DNA from: Malacoraja senta
Taxonomy: Eukaryota
Assembly (NCBI GenBank): GCA_038087875.1
Contig: CM075982.1
Location: 22,568,001 to 22,632,000 of the forward strand
Direction of reading: 5' to 3'
Length of the DNA stretch: 64,000 bases
Below, piece after piece: positions 24,573 to 37,850 of this stretch (position 1 is the first letter of the stretch; every line of letters begins with the position of its first letter). A model generated the notes under the pieces. It had not been told where the DNA came from, did not search any database, and saw only the letters and a program-made list of their open reading frames with translations. Both the position numbers and the translations under genes were made by a program.

Positions 24573-27500
24573 CTGTCCATTTCCTTGAACGGTTTGGGAG
24601 GTATATTTAAATAACTAAAATATCTTTAATTTTAATATAATGAGCTCTGGTGTTATTAACAGCAGTACATTGTTTGTATTTCCAGTTGTTAAATTGACTT
24701 CAGGATTAAATGATAGGGCACAAATTAAAAGCGGAAAAATAATGGAGAGAGTGAAGACAGTATATGTACAAATAATTGATCAAAAGTGTAAGCTGACTTG
24801 GTCACTTAACATTTTGCTTATGTCATTCTTGGAAATATTCTGGCAGTGCTTGGGTCTGGGAACTTGCTTTCACAAATAAGAGATAAAATAAACTTACCCT
24901 CTCATTGTTTTTAAAACTTATTTGGGAGAGATAAGTGGATCCAGAGTCGCGCACACTCAACAAAACTGTTATTGATCAGCTGCTGTGTGTTGATGGAAAT
25001 AATTTTATTTTAATTTAAAAAAAAACTCCCTATAAAACCCTTGAGGTAATGTTTTTGGTATGATAGTGGAAAGTGAATTTGCTCTTTGCAAGGATGCAAC
25101 TCCTTCACTTTTCACTGCCGTATTGAATGTCCTAATTACATGTGCTGAACAGTTTCCAAATAGCTTAAACTGGTTTTGTTTTTAATTCCCTGCACTGGAT
25201 GGCAATTTACAGAAATCCATTCTCCAGTCATAAATATTCTTGAGCCATTTGGTTCACTGCCAATTCCGAGGAAACAAAAAGGAACTTACTGCTCTACTTG
25301 TCTCATTGCCTTTGTATGCTTTGGTGCAACGCTTTTTTGATGTTCTCTGCATTTGAGGGTCTTATCACTGCTGCAGCTTTGGTGTTACCCCACCAAAAAA
25401 AAAGACAAATAGTTTACCAATTCTTCCATAAATGTATTCAAAAATTACCCGTGTACTTGGGAACTGGTCCATGCCAGTGTATTGCTGCCTTTGAACCTCC
25501 TTTCATTTTTCCTCATCTGCTTCGATCAACATGGACATCTGTTTCCATCTCCCTCAAATTCTTGAGCCTCAACCCATCCCCGTTGGACTAGGTTCAACAT
25601 TCTGGCTGCTCTTTTGGCTGAAGAAGTTTTGCTTGAATTTCTTTTTGGATTTATCTTGCATTGATGGTCCTTAGTTCTGCTCTTCCCCACTGGGGAAGTC
25701 TCTCTCTATCTAGTCCGTCACAATCTTGGTGACATGCTTCTTCACTTCCTTCGTCCTCCCTCTCCACATCTCACATTGCTTTTTCAAAAGAGAACCCAGT
25801 TCTTTTTTTTAATCTCAACAATATATGCGGTAAATGGAATCATTGTATTTTCCTGAATTCACTGTACCATCAGTGCAAAGCATTATCTTAAACTGTCAAT
25901 GCTGCCTGTAAAGTACTTTAGAGGAGTGGCACCCCTGTGTCCAACGGCAACAAGGTCCTAGATTCTGATCCTTTCCACAGCCTTTGTAATGGCTGTACCG
26001 AGCTTCAGTATCCCTCGGTATGTACTCTTGCACCGGGGCATGAGCCAATGGATAATATTTGCTTGTTTGGATAGATCAAAATAACGGTATGGTGTTGCCT
26101 TCAACAGCCCTTATGTAGATCATGGAGTCCTCTGTTATAGAGCTGCTCAGGATGAATCTTGGCATAGGAGGTTTCCTGAACATCTTGGCAATCGTACCAT
26201 TCAGGAGGATAAGGTATCATCAGCACCACAGCCATCTCAAGTTGACCACTGGTGGAGTTGTGGCAAAGGTGTTCTTGCTAAGAAAATTTTGTTCAAAAGT
26301 TGTATTTCCCACAACTCTGACTTTGGGACAAGAAGTGCACTAAGATCCAACTGAATGGAACGTGGCACGTAATGAAGTTAGGCCTATCCTTTGTAACACC
26401 AAGGATAGGTGAAACCTTGGCATGTAGTGACACTTTGCATTTGTGTACCATATACAGCTTGATTCAGCCACATACGAAGGTGTCCATCAGCTGGAGGGCT
26501 TCATTAGCCACATTTCTCACCATTCTCTGGGGACTAACACATCATAACACTCAGCATCCAAGTGATATAGAAGATTCGATATGTTACATATAGAAGATAT
26601 ACAGCTCGGGTGACTGACAATCTGTTCATCATTTTTATTTAAAATATAAACATTCTGTGCAGGAGCAATCTCAGGGAAGGGCCTCTCTCATTGCCATTCA
26701 AGTGTGGTTTTGGTGCTTGTTGGTAAGTGCAGGTGGTAAGACATTGTGCCTAGTGGTTTTGACGGTGCTTGGGAAGCCATCCCTCAAAATCTATGGTGTC
26801 CTTCTCCTGTAGGGCCTGCAGGACATTGCATGCTGACCACTACCTGATGGATTTGTGGTCAAAAGCGTTTTTCAGAATTAACCTTTTTATGAAAGGCAGA
26901 TAGTGGGGTAGGGTCCGAATGAGTGGTGCATGCTTACCAGTGCCTGTTGGACCTGTGCTCAAAGGTGTTTTCAGAAGGGACTTTTCTATGAAGGAAAGTG
27001 AGTGTGGCAGAATCCAAATAAATGGCATGACACATTGTGTAGAGGCAGTGCTCAACTTTCTACACATGCACAGAATCTGGACAGGTAGAACATTACTATG
27101 TAATTACACTTGGTGTTTGCCTCCTATGGTTCTATGCACAACTAGATACAGCCACGCACAAAGTTGGACATCAGGATAAAGACAACATTGGCTATGATGT
27201 TCCAATCATCCAAATCTCCGTTTACTGGAGACACGCGTTGCATCAAGATGGACTTTCTTCATCTTGGAACCTCAGATGAAACCGAAGATGTCAAAGGGCC
27301 TGTTTCCATGTTGTATCTCGACACTAAACTACCACGGTGGAGGACAGGGTATGGGTCACACTTCCACTCTAGACAGCAGGGCCAAGAGCACCTAGCATCT
27401 AATGATCAGAATTTTACCTTATGGATGGCAGAGTGCCACAACCAAATTCTGTTGGACCTTGCCTCTCCGTTCCAGCCAATTTCTACATTATGCTCATGTT

Positions 27501-27960
27501 CCTCTGAAGCAGATCCCCAGCACCTTCAGGTAGTCAGAGCAGATAGTTATAGATGTTTGGTCAGGCCTGCTGCCAAAGAGCAAGGCCTGTTTCTGTGATT
27601 GCCTCTGGCTTCACAAACCAACTCCAATTGATTGCTGATATTGACAACCTGCTATGTATGCTTTCAAATTCTTGGATTATCTCGAAATCACCCAACTCTA
27701 TCCAATGGCTCTATATCTTTTTCATAATATGGTGATCAGAACTGTCCTCAGTATTCCAGTTGGTGCTATTTTTAACTACTCATGCCTGTTGTTCATTCTT
27801 TGAACATTTAATATTTCAGGCACCATTTAGATATTGTGGCAATAGGGGAGGCTGTTTCCTGTTAAAAATGTATTGTGCTCGGTTACCTAAGTTTCATGCA
27901 CTTGCTCAACAGTCGGAACAGTTATTGCTACGCTACATCAGCTATTTTGTAATGGAGACT

Positions 27961-28953
27961 ACACTTCTTCCCACCCTGCTTCCTGTAAGGACTCCATCCC
28001 CCACTCCCAATCCTCCGTCTACGCCGCACCTGCTCCCAGGATGAGGCGTTCCACACCAGGGCATCCAAAATGTCCTCATTCTTCAGGGAACGGGGGTTCC
28101 CCTCCTCCACCATAGATGAGGCTCGCACCAGGGTCTCTGCCATACCCCGCAACATTGCTCTCTCTCCCCATCCCCCCACTCACAACAAGGGCAGAGTCCC
28201 CCTAGTCCTCACCTTTCACCCCACCAGCCATCACATACAACAAGTGATCCTCCGTCAGTTTCGCCACCTCCAACGTGACCCCACCACTCGCCACATCTTC
28301 CCATCTCCCCCCATATCTGCCTTCCGCAAAGACCGCTCCCTCCGTAACTCCCTTGTCAATTCCCTTGCAACCGCAAGAGATGCAACACTTGTCCCTTCAC
28401 CTCCCCCCTCGATTCCATTCAAGGACCCAAGCAGTCGTTCCAGGTGCGACAGAGATTCACCTGCATCTCCTCCAACCTTATCTATTGCATCCGCTGCTCT
28501 AGATGTCAGCTGATCTCGGCGGCTTGGCGATCGTTTCGCCGAACACCCCCGGTCGGTCCGCAATAACCTACCTGACCTCCCGGTGGCTCAGCACTTCAAC
28601 TCCCCCTCCCATTCCGTATCTGACCTCTCTGTCCTGGGTCTCCTCCATGGCCACAGCGAGCAACACCGGAAATTGGAGGAAATGCACCTCATATTCCGCA
28701 TGGACAGTCTACATCCTGGGGGCATGAACATTGAGTTCTCCCAACTCTGCTAGCCCTTGCTGTCCCCTCCCCTTCATCAGCCCTCTGGTTGTCTCCTCCC
28801 ATCCCCCAGCCCTCGGGCTCCTCCGCCTTTTTTCCTTTCTTCTCCCCACCCCCTATCAGTCTGAAGAAGGGTTTCGGCCCGAAACTTTGCCTATTTCCTT
28901 CGCTCCATAGATGCTGCTGCACCCGCTGAGTTTCTCCAGCATTTTTGTGTACC
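27961..28953 (+). mobile_element. Penelope-like element: RT end, GIY-YIG endonuclease region and terminal repeat
   Basis: YTSSHP..., RVPLVLTFHPTS..., FTCISSNLIYCIRCSRCQL..., RLGDRFAEH. Flanked by the near-duplicate ttgtaatg(g/c)agact at 27947-27960 and 28954-28967. Frameshifts and internal deletions present. Confidence 0.9.
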
Positions 28954-29734
28954 TTGTAATGCAGACTGTTGGACTGCAGACCGTTAATTTCAGATAGTGG
29001 GAAATCCAGTCGGGAAATGATGGGGTATTTCTTCATTTAGAATAGTTAGATTGGGTAACATGCAAGCATGGGCAAATAATTAGTAACCTTTCAAAATGAA
29101 ATAAAGTGAATGGAAAGATACAGGGAGTAACTGAATTAAGGTTAATGGGCTATGAGGAGACTGGATAGAGTTCTCAATATCTGAATTAGTTTTATGTAAT
29201 TCCCTTGCATCAACTTGGCTAAGTGGATAGGGTCTGTCTCCATATAGAGATTGTGGTTCAATTATCCCTTCCATTATCTGAGTAGTGCACTTAGAAAATA
29301 AACAGAATACAAGAAATGTAAAAAGTCATACGCCACTTGGCTCATGCTTCATATTCAACGAGCCCATTGCTAATCTGACTTCAGCTCTGCTTTTCTGAAC
29401 TAACCCCAGACCCTTTGATTCCTATAATATCCCCAAATCTTCCAACCTCTGTCTTGAATATGATCAGCAACTGATCCTTCACAACTCTTTTGGGTAGAGA
29501 ATCCCAATCTTTGTATTAAGAATTTTTTATTTATGGCAAACCCTTAATTGTGTGCCTGTGACGACCTCTGACTGAATTTGTGAATTTTTACCTGTGAATT
29601 TTGTATGATTTGATGAGCTTGTCACATTCTTGTGAACTTCAAGTGTAGGTCCAGTTTGCTTAATTCTCTCGTCAGGTGACAAAGACTCTTTCCCAGAAAT
29701 CAATCAGGTGAGCCTGGGTAGTAATCTCTCTCTT

Positions 29735-32168
29735 ACTGCACATCCTTCTGCCACAGCGCAAGACATCCAAGCTTCTCCGTGCATCATTCAACACCGAGAT
29801 GCTCAAATGACCAGACGGCACTGAGAAGTACCAGTCCCAGCTGGACAACAAGCTGACTGCTCATGGACCACTGACAGGCGACCCAACTGAAAAGCGGAAC
29901 CAGTTCAAAGAGCTGATGACAGTCAGCTAAGGAAGTGCTTGGACGCAAGTAGCGAGTGCACCAGGAATGGTTTGATGTAAACAATGATGAAATAACCAAA
30001 CTCCTGGAGGAGAAACACAAGGCATTCATTGAGTGGCAGAACGACGTATCCTCCCATCACCAAAAAGAACCGCTTCAAACACCTGCAGAGCAAGGTACAG
30101 GAGCTACAAGAGATGCAAGACAGCTGGTGGGCGAGTAAAGCTGACGAAGTGCAACGTTACGCAGACATGGACAACTCAAAACAAGTTTTCAGCTTGATCA
30201 AGGCTGTGTATGGTCCACCCAAGCTGACCTCCTCCCCCTTCCTTTCAGCTGGCGGCAAAACCCTGCTCAAGGATAAAAGCAGCATCTCAGACAGATGGAG
30301 AGAACACTTCACCAACCTCCTCAATAGACCGTCTGCCGTTGACCCATTCGCTCTCGACCTGATCCCACAAAAGCCAACACTTGACGACCTTGACCTCCGC
30401 CCATCTTGGGAAAAGATCAAGAAGGCCATCAGTCAAACCAGCACAGGCAAGGCATCAGGCATGGACGGAATCCCTATTGAACTCTACAAGACAGCAGGTC
30501 CTGAGACACCAGATGCCTTCCACAACATCTTGTCCAGCATCTGGGAGACAGAAAGTATGCCCGATTAATTTAGGGATGCCACTGTTGTCTCCTTGTTCAA
30601 AAACAAAGGTAGCAAAGCTGACTGTGGCAGCTACCGAGGCATCTCCTTGTCCGTCGCTGGAAAGATACTGATTCGTGTCATCCTCAACCGCTTAATCAAT
30701 AAGGTCGTGGAAGCAAGGCTCAGTGTGGTTTCAGACCTGGTTGCAGTGCTGCTGATATGATCTTCACGGTGAGACATATACAGGAAAAATGCGTCGAGCA
30801 GATTATGGACCTCTACGCGGTCTTCATCGACTTGACAAAGGCCTTTGACACGGTCAACTGGGAGGCTCTGTGGTTGATACTTCACAAGCTCAGCTGCCCA
30901 AGAAAGTTCATCCAGTTCATCCGCCTCTTCCATGATGACATGACAGGAACAGTTCTGGTCAACGGCGAAACTTCTGCACCTTTCGACATCTCCAATGGAG
31001 TGAAGCAAGGTTGCGTTCTGGCCCCCGTACTCTTCAACCTCTTCTTCGGCTGCGTCCTGAGTCACGCACTCCAGGACCTTGACCGTGGCGTGTACCTGAA
31101 GTACCATCTGGACGGATCTCTCTTTGACCTTCGACGACGCAATGCCAAAACCAAGACGCATGAACGGCTCATTCTCGAAGCCCTTTTTGCGGATGACTGC
31201 GCCGTCATGGCTCACGAGGAGTAAAACCTCCAGTTCATTGTGACCAAATTTGCGAAAGCAGCACAGGCTTTTGGTCCCACAATCAGCCTCAGCAAAACGG
31301 AAGTCATCCACCAGCCGGCTCCAGACTCTGCAGCACCGCCCCCAAGTGTGCATGTTGACAGCACACAGCTGAAAGCCATTGACTCCTTCAAATACTTGGG
31401 AAGGGTAATATCTGATGGCTCCCTGGACAAGGAATTCTCAACGAGAATCAACAAAGCCAGTCAAGCACTTGGACGACTGCGTACACGAGTGTTGAAACAC
31501 CACAACATCAAGCTGTCAACTAAACTCAAAGTCTACAAAGCAGTTGTGCTTTCCAGCCTGCTCTATGGCTGTGAAACATGGACCTTGTATAAGAATCACA
31601 TCTGTCAACTTGAGAAGTTCCATATGCCCTCTTTATGGTCCATCATGGGCATTCGCTGGCAGGACAAAGTGCCCACCTAGAAGGATTGGACAGATCCAGC
31701 TTCACAAGCATTGAGGCAATGATCATCAAAGCACAGATCCGATGCTGGGCACGTCATCAGGATGAATGAAACCCACATGCCTCGACAGGTCTTCTACGGC
31801 GTGCTCTCCCAGGGACAAAGGAACCGTCGGCGTCCCAGGAAGCGGTACAAAGATTGCATCAAGGACCATCTCCACTATTATAGTCTTGCGCCCAAGCAAC
31901 TGGAAGCCTGCGCCAGCGACAGAACACGCTGGCGTGCAGCAGTGCGAATAGCAGCCAGCAGCTTCGAGGAGCGCCGCATTGAGCGACTTACCAAAGCCAA
32001 GGAGAGCAGGAAGGCTGCTGCCCAGAACCCGCCAGCGATGACCTTCATCTGCCCCCACTGCCCTCGAGTGTGCGGTTCACGAATTTGACTTGTGAGCCAT
32101 GTCAGAACTCACCAGAATTGAGACTGCACAACCCGCCATCGTTGTTACTGACGGGCCACCACCACTAG
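29735..32168 (+). mobile_element. RTE-clade (BovB-like) LINE, 5'-truncated, with disrupted reverse transcriptase
   Basis: Motifs FIDLTKAFDTVN, GVKQGCVLAPVLFNLFF, LFADDCA, FKYLG, LLYGCETW and C-terminal CPHCPRVC. Several stops and frameshifts; short (CCA)n tail. Confidence 0.95.
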
Positions 32169-32169
32169 T

Positions 32170-33065
32170 ATATCTATTCTAGGGTAGAGAGATCGGAGCT
32201 GGGCACACTATTACAGGAGTGCAGTTTCATCAGGGTCCTGTATAATTGCAACACGACGTCTCTACTCTTGCATTTAAATCATTTCTTGGCAAAGATCACC
32301 ATATAGCTTGCTTTTCTAATTGCTTGCTCGTTAACCTTCAGTCCTGTTCATGGCCACCCAGGTTCCTCCTGAGCACAAGCACCTTTAAGTCTCTTATCAT
32401 TTATAAATAAAAAAGCTCTTCAGGCAAAGAGGATGACTGAATATTTTTCCATATTTCTACTGCTCCTGGTCATTAACTTAGCTAGTCTATTTACCATTGA
32501 ATCCTCTGTTCTCACTCTCCACTATCTCAAAATTGCCACCCACCTTTGCTTTGTCAGCAAACATGGATTCTTAATGCCATATCTAAATCGTAGGTATAGA
32601 TTGTGAACAGCTGAGTTCCTCGCACCAATCTTTGTGATGCACTGATGGTCAGACCTTCCCAATCTAGAGATGACCCGTCCTATTTTTTTTTTTTTTTTGG
32701 CATGTTAACCACACCAGAATGTCAACCCTCTAGTGTGTCGAAAGTTTTCTGAACCATATCCACTGGTTCCCTTTATTCTGTTCCTCTCGTCATTGCCTCA
32801 GAAAAAAACCCTTAACAGATTTGGTAAAAGTGATTTATCTTGCACAAGGCTATGTTAACTATATCTAGTCCTGTTATAATTTCTAAGTGCCATGATACTG
32901 ATTCATTAATAATGAATTCTAGCTGTTACCCCACTACTGATGGCAGGCTAACCAGTCTGTTCTCCATTTTGTCTCCCCACCTCTCTTAAATGGTGGATTC
33001 ACTATCATTCAATTTTTTATGATCTTGTCAATAATCTATGAAATTTTGGAAGGTGACAATCATTG
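32170..33065 (-). mobile_element. Old CR1 fragment hosting the RTE insertion (the other part is at about 29300-29720)
   Basis: tttgctttgtcagcaaac (reverse of FADK) and a reverse-strand CR1 RT sequence pattern on both sides of the RTE. Confidence 0.55.
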
Positions 33066-34024
33066 GAAGTACTGTCTTTTCTCTTCTGGTGAAGATCACA
33101 AACGCTTGACTCCTTGCATGTGAATCTAAGCTTGGTGTAAGCAACCCTAAAGTAATTTTTGAATCAAATCTCAAATGCAACTGGAAGTAATTTGGAGCAT
33201 CTGCTGCTGTGCATTCTCACTCCCTTCCACCTTGGAGCCAGGATCCCAGGTTCCACAGAGTTGTCTCCAAGGAGAAAGTTGAGGGTCAACTCAAGGCTAC
33301 AGCCCTTGTGGGTGGGTGCAGCCCCTGGAACTGGGGAGGGTGGTAAGTATCCTAGTGGTCTTTGTTTCAGCATCATTTACTGACAAATGTGTGTTTTTGT
33401 TTTAAAGTAATCTATTTTGATGCTGCCTCAACCGATGAGTTTCTCCAGAACTTTTGTCTATCTTAAATATTTTTCCCTGATAATCCTTTTGAAATTTTTA
33501 TCGGAAATGGCCTCCTTGTAGCCAGTCAAAAAAATAGAAATTTAAAGCAGTCTCCAGGGATTTTTGTGAAATACAGTTCTGGCAGTACATTTCATTTATC
33601 ATATTCTGTTAGTACTGAACACTAAATTCAACAGGACCCTTTTGATTTAGCTGGACTTGTTTTTATGGAGAGGCAGCACAGAACTCCTGATGCAAGGATT
33701 ATTTATGGCCTAATTTAAAATGCCATCCTGTAATACCTTAATTACTTCCCCCTCTGCCAGAAATACAGTGCTGCATGTACTGGTCACTCTCAAGCAAAGA
33801 TGAAAAATATTGTGGATGTTGGAAATATTCTGCAGATGGGATAGTTTCTCTGGAGTGAAGAACACATTTAATTGTTTTAATGAAATACCTTTCACAAGAA
33901 TAAAAATATAGGGGACAGCACAACAGCACAGCTTGTAGAGCTGCTGCCTCATAGCTCCAGAGACCCTTTCAATGCTGATCGGATCCTGTTCGTGTAAATT
34001 TTTCCCTGTGACCAAATCAGGTTC

Positions 34025-35400
34025 ATAAGAGAACAGGAGCAGTCGGCAGCAGGCCCTTCACTCCTGCCCCACCATCTAATATGATTGTGTTTGATCTATG
34101 ATGGCCTCACTCCTGTGTATCATTTCTCCATGCTCCTCTATTTACCTCCTCGTTAAATATGTCCAAAAATCTGGTTTCCACCTCCAATGCGAGAAAATTT
34201 GCATATTTGTCAGCCTATATGACGAAATTTCTAGATACCTCAGTCTTTAACGACTGGCCCCTTGTAGTCATGTCTGTTTGGACAAGACTCTCCAACTAAT
34301 GAAAGCAGCCCAGTATCTCCCCTGTCATGCATCTTTAGGATCTTGTGTGTTTAAATAAAATAACCCCTCATTCTTCTAAACTCAGTGGCACAGGCTTTGG
34401 GTAGGTCTGGATGCTGAATAAATAAAATGGGATTAGTTTATGGCCAATATGAAAGGGGTGGTTTGTGTGAATGAGTGGGCCAAAGGGTCTGTTTACATAC
34501 AGTATGACTGACTCCAAGTAGGAGCAGGTGGTGTGGCCCATCAAGCCTGCCCTGCCATTCAATAATCATGGCTGATTTGCCTCAGGCCCCAACTTCACTA
34601 CTTTCCCATTGCTCTCAATTCCTTGATCTTTCAACAAGTTTTCTGTAACTACCCCTATGTTCCAGCCTCTAAATTCCAGGAGATAGAGAATTCTAGAGAT
34701 TCTCCAATCTGAGAAGAAATTTCTATGCACCTTATTTTTAAATGACTGGCCTTTATCTTGTAACTGTGCCCCCTCATTCAAGGTTCAACCACCAGTGAAA
34801 TAATTCGATCATTAACCCTGTCATGCCCCCATAGGAACTTGCAGGTTGCATTCAGATCACTTTTTTCAGAAACTCAAAAAATATAGTTTCAACTTTTTTA
34901 TCCATTCATGGTGCATCATTCATTTTATCCAAGGAAAGAACCCAGTGAATCTCTAATGGATTGTTTCTAATGTAACCATACTTTCTAAAGTATATGGTCC
35001 GGTGATGGAGATCGTACTCTAGGTGCAGCCTCCCTAACACTCTCTACTTCTGTAAGAATATTTCTGTTACTGAACACCAAATGGCGTGCAATTAAAAGGC
35101 CAATATGCAATTTGCTTTCTTAACTACTTGCTTCACCTGCCCGCTGTGTTTTGTTCACAAGAACACTTGGATCCCCTTGTGCCATTTGTAGTCTCTCTCC
35201 ATTAGATAGGCTTTGCACTTTTCTACATTAAGTTAAATTTACTACGTTTTCACCCATTCTAATCAACCTGTCTACGTACTGCTGTGGATTCCAAATATTG
35301 TCATGCGATTCCCACCTATTTCTATGTCATCACCTAAAACTGCCTCAAAGTCATTCGTATAGGTAATAAATAATTGAGGGTCAAGTACCAATTCCTGGGG
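34025..35400 (-). mobile_element. Degenerate CR1 3' fragments
   Basis: cataagagaacaggagcag...aggccc and gtaggagcaggtggtgtggcccatcaagcctgccctgccattcaataatcatggctga tails followed by RT remnants. Confidence 0.55.
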
Positions 35401-36339
35401 AACTTCCTTCCAGCCTGAGAAAGAGATATTTTATTCCACCTGCCTTCCATTAGTTTTTTTATTGATATGGAGGCAGTCCATGGGGCACAGATAACTGAAA
35501 TTATCTTAGTTCTGATATTTACAAAACTTAAGTTATTCAGCAATTTGAAAATAAAGATCTTCATTTTAACCAAGTGCTTTTTTAACAAAAGTGCTTGAGA
35601 TTGTTTGGTTCCTGCCCAGATTATTGCAGAAAATATTTGAAGAGATTTCAGTAGTAGAGATGATAAAGATATAAACATGCATCTTAAGTGGCTCAAGAAG
35701 TTATCAGATGCTAAAAGCAAATTGCATTTTGGCCACCTGCTGGCAAATCATTGTGGAAGAGTCTTGGGAATGGCTGTGATGGCATTGTGCTGTTCATGCA
35801 ATGACTGTTTGAAAAACGTTTCAAATTCCCATTCCTCTGCATCGTGGAAATTGAATCTGTATCTAATTTATTTTTGTGAACCTCCGCAGAGGTTTTTTGT
35901 TTTATTAATTCCATGTTTACCAAGTGCACTTGTGCTTTTTAGGTTTCTTGTGTTGGATGGTGCAATACTTTATAAATCAATTTCAAATGTTCACAATGTC
36001 TTAAAGATGAGAACTACCAATAAGCAATTAAGGAATATGAGGAATTGTATTGGAGAAACGTCAATTCTCCTTGTCCTTTCCTTTTATTTTAATGTTATTT
36101 GCTGAAGACACGGCTTCATTCCCAGAGGATGTCTCTCAAAAATGGATTGGTTACTCCACTGTTTTAACCTGCTATTATTACAATGAAGATGAGTGCTGGG
36201 AACCCATATGATGCCTGATTACAGCTCTGGCCTGGCCTTAATTTATTAAATACAGGAATCTCTGATTTCCCCATTTTGTCTTTTCTACACATCCAGCCAA
36301 ATCAATGGGCATTGTGGTAAATTTAACAATCCTCCTGAT

Positions 36340-36495
36340 GTCTGAAGAAGGGTCTCTACCCAAAACGTCACCCATTGCTTCTTTCCAGAGATGTTGCCTG
36401 TCCCGCTGAGTTACTCCAGCTTTTGATGTCTATCTTTGGTTTAAACCAACATCGGCAGTTCCTTCTTACACATTCCTGATATCTGCAGTTGCCTA
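36340..36495 (+). repeat. Penelope-associated terminal repeat
   Basis: tctgaagaagggtctctacccaaaacgtcaccc...gctgagttactccagc...ttaaaccaacatc. Confidence 0.7.
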
Positions 36496-37044
36496 TCCTG
36501 GTGTAGACCTGACCCTCTTGCCTTGAAACAAGTTTCTCAGACCAAATGGAACTGAAATTACATGAGCAAAATCTGAATATGAATGCCAATTTGTTCATGG
36601 ATTTATCTTGAGAGCAGCTGTTATCCCATTCATGGGTTTGGGTCATCTGACTGTTGGACTTGTGTGTAGATATTGTTGGCTCTTATTTTCTTTCAAACTC
36701 TGGGAGGAGGGGAGGGAAATTTGAACAAATGCTCTCTGGCATTTTTTCTGGCAAACATTGACTTATTGTAAGGCAGAGAAGGCACAATAGATCAAATGTC
36801 CCACTTCAATTAAGACAATAGTTAAAGTAGTCTGACTGCTTAAACTTTCCTTATTTTTGTGTTTGCCATTGCTGTGCAATGCCACAAGTATAACAGTTTT
36901 CCTCTAACCAGTGGTGATAATGTTTATACACCTCCATTGTCATGTGGAGATTGCCATTTTTGCATCACTGCCACCTATTCTGACATTTAATATGTCCAAT
37001 CTTCTATAATGAAATAGCTCTTCCATTTTAAAAGGCCAAAAGTG

Positions 37045-37850
37045 ATAGGAGCAGAATTAGGCCATTTGCCCATCAAGTCTACTCCACCATTCAATCAAGT
37101 TCAAATTACATTTATTGTCACATGCACCAATTGGTACAGTGAGATATGAGTTACCATACAGCCATACGAATAAAAAAGAGCACAATACACGATAGAATTT
37201 AACATGAACATCCCCACTCAGCGGAATCAACGTTTCCCACTGTGAGGGATGGCAATAAGGTTCAGTCAGCCTCGCGAGCAACACCGGAAATTGGAGGAAA
37301 TGCACCTCATATTCCGCTTGGGCAGTCTACATCCTGGGGGCTTGAACATTGAATTCTCCCAATTCTGCTAGCCCTTGCTGTCCCCTCCCCTTCATCAGCC
37401 CTCTGGTTGTCTGCTCCCCTCCCCCAGCCCTCGGGCTGCTCCTCCGCCTTTTTTCCTTTCTTCTCCCCACCCCCTATCAGTCTGAAGAAGGGTTTCGGCC
37501 CGAAACGTTGCCTGTTTCCTTCGCTCCATAGATGCTGCTGCACCCGCTGAGTTTCTCCAGCATTTTTGTGTACCTTCGGAGTTATAAAGTTCAGTGCGAC
37601 TCGGAGAAAAGGCGCATCCTCAACCAGGTAGTGACTGAGAAACGGTTTCCCCTCTTCCCCCTCCCCACCCCTCACATAAAAAGACTAAATAACCTCCAGG
37701 AACATACATTTTTGATAGACTAAAAATAACAAAAAGGATAAAAGGACGGACAGACTGCTGGCAAGGCTGCTGCGAGTAGCGCCACTCGATGACGTCATGG
37801 CTCTATCTATCTCTTCCTCCTAACCCCATTCTCCCCATAACCCCTTACAC
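37045..37850. mobile_element. Nested composite: CR1 tail containing a GC-rich retroposon containing a Penelope 3' fragment
   Basis: CR1 tail broken at ccattcaatca (about 37096) and resuming at tcatggct (about 37796). Inside is a copy of the 9455-10295 element, itself interrupted at about 37270-37577 by a fragment nearly identical to 28655-28953. Confidence 0.8.

Noticed and set aside
25880-27590. Possible old LINE (Tx1/L1-like) remnants
   Set aside because: Composition is suggestive, but no diagnostic motif could be read with confidence.
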